From the human T2T-CHM13v2.0 reference genome, Homo sapiens: 64,000 nt of DNA. The notes beneath the pieces are model-generated. The model made no database searches. It was not told the origin of the DNA and worked only from the letters and a program-made list of their open reading frames with translations. Both the position numbers and the translations under genes were made by a program. Numbering within the stretch: position 1 is the stretch's first letter; every line of letters begins with the position of its first letter. Below, one piece after another: positions 57,801 through 64,000 of the stretch. The DNA lies in the NCBI RefSeq assembly GCF_009914755.1, contig NC_060928.1. The stretch is one strand, 5' to 3'.

Positions 57801-58344
57801 CTGAATTTTTCTTTTTCCAGACAACAGAGTGATATTTAATGAAGTGCTTATAAAGATAAATACGATGGTTCATCAAAGATAAAATAGTCATAATAACAAG
57901 ATGGCATTTGAGTCAATGTGGAGTGGACTCTGCTTTGTAAATTATACTGCTTTTTAAAAGCATGACCTAGGTATTTACAATGGGGACATCTGAGAAGAGA
58001 AACTCAAGAGTCCTCAACTTACACAGCCAAGAATACACAATCATGTAGGAGAACTTGCCCTCAGAAGCATTTCTCTATTGACATTGCCATTTCTTTTCCT
58101 CCATCTAGTACTTCCATTTGCTCTATTTCACTAAAAAGTCACAGAATTAAGAGTGGCTGCTGCAACTCACTGGGCTTTCTCTGCTTAAAAAACCTTAATA
58201 TCACATGGTATTAATACAGCTACATTAATAATTGAAAGATTCACTCAGCTGACCCTATGATTTTTCTAATCATTGTTAACTATCTGAATATTTGGAAATA
58301 ATTGTATTTTTCCACTGACTTTTTCTCATTGCCTTGGGTACTAG

Positions 58345-58650
<306 letters not shown>

Positions 58651-59009
58651 GGGTGCTAGAAGTTTTAACATATAACTTCAGACACAACTGAGTAAATAGT
58701 TAGCTGTATATATTTTATTGTATTGTTATTTATATTATGTCGGCTTTGTGTCAGAAAGGATTTAAAGCACTTGTTTCAAGAATTGGTATGCTATATTTTT
58801 CAAAATCTGTGTATAAAAATAATTCCCATAAGTACCACTGTAATTTACTTTTCATGTGTATTACAAAATCAGTTATGTGTTCTGGTAAACATTTTGATCC
58901 CAAGAGGAAGCAGGATTACATTTAGAATGTGACAAATTTTAAAAATTAATTTTGTTGTAAAGAAATCTTTATAATGATATGCCATAAAGTTATTACTATG
59001 CATGTAAGG

Positions 59010-59240
59010 CCGCATACCATAGTGATTAAGAGCAGGTCCTTGGAGTTAGAGGCACAGTCTGAACTTGACTACAAAAGTTATCAGCTGTGTGATCTTGGGA
59101 AAGTAACCATTCTCAGCTTTAGTTACCACAGCTGTAAAAGGTGGATAATAATTATAGACTCTGTCCTGTTGTTGTGGTGAACATTTAGTGAGACGACTCA
59201 CATGAGGGGCTGGCATAGGGTAAGTACTTACTCAATATCA
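59010..59240. mobile_element. MIR fragment
   Basis: CAGCTGTGTGATCTTGGGAAAGTAACC...CTGTAAAAGGTGGATAATAAT resembles the MIR core. Confidence 0.65.
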
Positions 59241-60742
59241 GCTGTTCTCTTTGGCATAGCTCTGTTAGAGTGGCATGCCACAGTTACCTTCTTGAGAGCC
59301 ACTAAGCGTGGGAACGGTAACAGTCCACAGAATTTTTGGAGATTGGTATGAGGAGGCTGCATTGGCTCCCAGCCCTCAGGGTTGACAGGGTGAAGGTAAT
59401 GGCTTCTGGCTGTCTTTAGAGCTCCCAAAAGATATGAGAAGATGGTTCTAGTGATGACAACCCACTGTTCTGTCAGTGGAAATCTAGTTTTATGCCATCT
59501 TCATCATTCGTGGTGTAGTCTATCGGTGCCTGACACAAACGTCTAGAGTGGGGAAAATAACACCTTAAAGAAATAGAATATCTTAGGTCCATGATTTGCC
59601 TGCTGTGTTTGTTATGTACCCCAGCAGTAAAATATTTTAAGTATATTTATTTGCAAATCATACATCTGTACATGTTTACTGATATGTACATGATAAACCT
59701 GTGCAAAAAATAACCTAAAAAGGGGTAAGATTAAAATGAAGAATTAGACAAAAGGTTTAAATGTTTTAAGGTAAGATTCAGCATCATCAACAGTGGGTAT
59801 AAATCCATACTTCAAATAGCCTTGGTGGTTTAAAAATCCTCTGGTTGATTTACCTTTGGATCCATATCATCAGTGTTTCCGTCTTGTTTTGTGGCTGAGA
59901 AGAGGAGGAGCAGTGTCAGTTCTGCCATTTTCCTGTCAATGGTTTATGTCTGCCTTCTTGGAATCATATTTAATGAAAGGTTCTTTGCAGGAATATTTTT
60001 AAACCCCTTGTTCATTTGGTGAAGATTAGTTTAGTTAAAACTGGATTATATAATATATTTCAATCTAACTGAGCCAGACAAATTGTAACACATTTCAGGC
60101 CATGTGTGCTTCTAAGAGGGCCACTGTTAACCCCTCTGTGGTCAAGAGCTCCCCCTTCCCTGAGGTTACCTTGTGTGCTCAAGGCAGCTGAGTAACATAA
60201 GAAGAAGCAAGGGTGTTGATGCCAATGGTTACCCTATTAGTGAACTCATTTCTGATTGTTTGTATGAAAACAAATATGATTTCTGTTATAATCTTCTGAC
60301 ACCCCATTCCTTGGGGCACCACTGTCCTAGACTCTGAAATCACTGTGGTTCCTGCCATTTCTTGACCTTGACATTCTGTGACAGAATGAAGGAGACCTTA
60401 GGTTCAGTGGACTTCATTTTCTATAACTAGCTTTACTCTATTGATCACATAGTGGTATAGCTCTTCAGTGTTTGCAAATCAATGTTCACATATTTCTGTC
60501 ATTTGAACTCAGCATCTTTATAGGGCAGGTAGAGAAGGTCTGATTCTGTCCATTGTAAAGATGGAAGAGATGAAACCACCAGTGTTGCTGACTGCAGATG
60601 GAAGATAATTGCGTAAGTTCACACAGCGGTAGACCTGGGTTTGAATTTGTTTTTGAAAGCAATATCATCCTGATTCTTTTCTATCATGTTAACACAATTT
60701 TTAAATGATATTCATATTCATCTGAATGGAGTAGAGACAGAC

Positions 60743-60878
60743 AGTTATATAGTAGTTGCAAGTTTAGCTTTTAAAGAAACTGCCAAACTGTCTTCCAGAG
60801 GCTGTACTATTTTACATTCCCATTAGCAGTATAGGAGTGATCCTTTTTCTCCACATACTTGCCAACATTTCTTGTTGT
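60743..60878 (-). repeat. Inverted, near-identical copy of 61273-61408 (L1-derived)
   Basis: 135/136 identity by manual reverse-complement alignment. Confidence 0.93.
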
Positions 60879-61249
60879 TCTTATTAAAACCAAACAAGTG
60901 GTGCTGGGAGTGCATTAAGAGAAAACATATATATTATTAATAGAATAAATAATAATCAATAGATAATGTGCAGGAAGGGGATTTGCATTTACGAAACATC
61001 TATTGTATCCTATGTTCTTTACACATATTATCCCTTTAATATAGTTCTATACTTGCAGGGACAGGTTTTGCATGTAAAGAAATTGAGGTTCAGAGATGTT
61101 AAATAATTTGTCTAAAGTACACAGCATTTAAATTGTAGAGTTTAAACCAAAGGGATCTGGTATTAAAAAATTCCAGGTAATGTTAAAATAAAACAATGCA
61201 TTAAATTTGAAAGTCTTTCTGTTACTTTTTGTTCCAAATTGGATCTCTG

Positions 61250-62025
61250 TCTTTGGCTAAAAATCAACCATGACAACAAGAAATGTTGGCAAGTATGTGG
61301 AGAAACAGGATCACTCCTATACTGCTAATGGGAATGTAAAATAGTACAGCCTCTGGAAGACAGTTTGGCAGTTTCTTTAAAAGCTAAACTTGCAACTACT
61401 ATATAACTCAGTTATTGTACTCGTCAGCATTTATCTCAGATAAATGAAGACTTAAGTTCACACAGAAATATGTGCATGAATGCTTACAGCAGCTTTAATA
61501 ACAGTGAAAAACTGGAAACATCTCAAATATCCTTCAATGGAAAGACAAACTTAACCATTCTGTTAACAGTTAAGCATGTATGGTTAATCGTGGCACATGG
61601 AATACTACTTGGCAATAAAAAGGAACACATTGTTGATAAGTGCAACAGCCTGAATGGATCTCCAGGGAATTATGCTGGGTGAAAAAATCCAAACCCAAAA
61701 GGTAACACACTGTATGGCTCCATTTATATAGAATTCTTGAAATGACAAAATTATAGAAATGGAGAAAAGAAAAGTGCTTATCAGGGGTTAAGGAGCAGTG
61801 GGGTGGAAGAGAGGTGAGTGTGGCCATAAAAAGGCAACAAAATGGATGCTTATGATAATGGAAATTTTCTGTATCAATGTCAGTATCCTTGTTGTGATAT
61901 TGTACTGTGTTTTTGTAAGATGTTACTATTGGGAGAGACTGGGTAAAGCGTGCATGGGATCTCTATTATTTCTTACAACTGCATGAGGATCTACAATTTT
62001 CTCAAAATAAAAAGCTTAATAAAAA
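61250..62025 (+). mobile_element. Ancient L1 3' end (L1MC-like)
   Basis: ACTGCTAATGGGAATGTAAAATAGTACAGCC..TGGAAGACAGTTTGGCAGTTTCTT at the start. TTATTTCTTACAACTGCATG..ATCTACAATTTTCTCAAAATAAAAAG at the end resembles an L1MC1/2 terminus. Confidence 0.8.
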
Positions 62026-64000
62026 TGCCTACTGATCTTCAGGAAGTTCAGTTCCCTGTTTTCCATAACTGATCTGAAAATAGGGGAAGGACAATTGAGA
62101 ATTTAGGAGTTGTAAACTCTGAGGCTGATTTTCAGCGAACTACTCAAATTATTCTGATTTTTCCCCTTGATTCTTATTATGGATTGTAGGACATTCTTCC
62201 TACTATTTTGGAGAAGAAAAAATGCCACCTCTCTATCATAGGACTTCTGTTTTACATATGATTTAAAAATCTATTAGCTGACTAATTTACACACTAGAAG
62301 ATGAAACTTGGTTACATTAGATTCCATTGCCACAATTTATTTTAAAAATCAGAGTTCTCATCTTTCTTGTTTCTTCTTCCTGCCTTACTTTATTTTCTTT
62401 TTTCCTTATTCTATTTGAACCCATATTTTCCTATATTGTACTGTTTAGTCTAAAAACTAGTAAGCATGCACATTGTTGATTAAATTAGCAATTGACGCTC
62501 TTAAAATGAGAACTATAAAGACTCTTGAGCTTCCACACATTATGCTATGCTTGCCATATGCTTGGGTGTTCTTATTTTCGGAGAGAAGTAATGGAGATTA
62601 TAAATGTTATTTTTAAAATTTACTGGTGATTTGTTGAGAAGATAAAGTAACAACACTATTACAGAGGGTTGCTCTTGATCTCCCAGGCCACCAGTGCAGT
62701 CACCGAGCCCTCTGCAAACACCTGATAATGCTGAAGAGTGTGTTAGTCATTGTAGAGGAGCTGCTGTCATGACAAATAGGGGTTAAATTGTGAGAATTTC
62801 AGGATATATTTTGGGGAAGGATTAAATAAATCAGGGGACTTGCTGACAGCAAATAGTATCTTTGATTTGAAACACAGAATCAGAGAATTGAGATGAATCC
62901 CAGGTGGTGGTTGGGAGTTTGAAAAAGTCCCAGTGAGTTGGCTGACTAAGTGTAGACTTCATTTCAACATCATTAAATAGTCTTTAAGTGGTGACTTAAT
63001 AATTGTTGCCCCAAGAAAAGATTTTGCTAAATACAGAGGTGGAATTAAGTATATTAATCCAAGAAACATTTTATTTAAATGATTTTCCTAACAGTAAGGT
63101 TGGAAGGCCCTAGAACTGCTTCTAGGAGCTTGAAGTGCATTTAATAGTTAACTGTCAGAATGAAAAATGAAATTTTAAATTTCAACAATGCAATTAAGTT
63201 CTTATTTTCTTATGATAGTGAATAATAAATTTCATTCAAGGACGCCATTGGCAGATGTTGAAAAGAACCATTTTCACTCCACTAGCTTGCAGTGGACTAA
63301 GAGGTAGCAGGAAGGGAGATGGGTACTACAGATCCTGAAAAAACAAAACAACACAAAACAAAATCCACACCACAAATGGACACTTCCAGATGCTTACCAA
63401 CAGGAAGTGCCTTGGAGGACAAGGGCTGTGAGACAGGTGAACTCTAGGGAACAAGAATTCCTAGTTCCATGTCTGTTTACAAGAATTTGTCATGACTGGT
63501 TCACCTCACTTTATAGTTTCCTCAGACCAAAGAGACAAAGAAAAAGCAAAAAACAAAAACAACAAAAATTCTGAAACGAATGGACAATACAACCAAAACT
63601 TTAATATGAACCAAAACAAAAATTGGGCTGATTTTATGAGGTTGACTTAAAGTCAGGAAAAGAATGATAAACTTTTGAGAGGAAGAAAGAAATCATCAAA
63701 GCCACGAGGAGCTCAAAGTGGTGTTTAATAGCAGCTATCACATTGCGCCCGAGCCTTGACCACTTCTGACGCAGCTGTTTCGTTTTAAGATGTTCCCATT
63801 CCTGTTCCACTCACACAGTCCTCCACAGTGACCTGAGTGCACGCACCCAAGCCGGCAGGCCACTCTAGAAAACCGTAAACCCCTCAGAGAGTCACTGCAG
63901 GAATAGGGGAAATGGAAGTGATGAAATTCAATATAGCATTTAGCTGAATCATCATCTGAGGTTAAGCCCAGTGAACAATTAGCAGTATCGGGAGTCTCCT

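Larger units (their letters stand above)
46200..58300 (+). ncRNA. HAND2-AS1: HAND2-AS1 (DEIN; mouse Upperhand/Hand2os1) divergent lncRNA. Candidate exons: ..46332, 46760-46871, 52641-52763, 53856.., 57821..; probably continues beyond
   Basis: Head-to-head position is established knowledge. Splice signals read here: CAG|GTACAG (46332), CCTTCAG| (46759), TTG|GTAAGT (46871), TTTTTTGTTTTGCTGACAG| (52640), AAG|GTACAT (52763), TTCCGTTCTAG| (53855), TTTTTCTTTTTCCAG| (57820). Ends are approximate. Confidence 0.75.

Overview
Mammalian (primate, almost certainly human) genomic DNA, identified by its Alu, L1, L2, MIR and MaLR repeats, covering the HAND2 locus. The only well-supported protein-coding gene is HAND2 (minus strand, two coding exons, 45081-44527 and 43167-43069, 217 aa bHLH factor with a 12-Ala tract). 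It shares a bidirectional CpG-island promoter (~46020-46200) with the plus-strand lncRNA HAND2-AS1, whose candidate exons can be read from splice signals. A chain of orphan CpG islands lies downstream of HAND2. The most unusual structures are two long, near-perfect, non-Alu inverted repeats: 301-bp arms at 29130-29430/30095-30395 and 136-bp arms at 60743-60878/61273-61408. They sit about 15.7 kb on either side of HAND2 exon 1, and smaller template-switch-like scars occur at ~16.55 kb and ~21.2 kb. Other leads are a five-uATG, G-quadruplex and in-frame GTG architecture in the HAND2 5'UTR; a spliced 134-aa ORF in HAND2-AS1; a strong orphan 61-nt exon behind a CpG-island promoter at ~17-18 kb; and a same-strand cluster of HAND/SMAD-type TCTG(G) motifs 2 kb downstream of HAND2. 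Repeat subfamilies, motif calls and lncRNA exons were assigned by eye and need computational confirmation. No prokaryote-type system (CRISPR, operon) is present.
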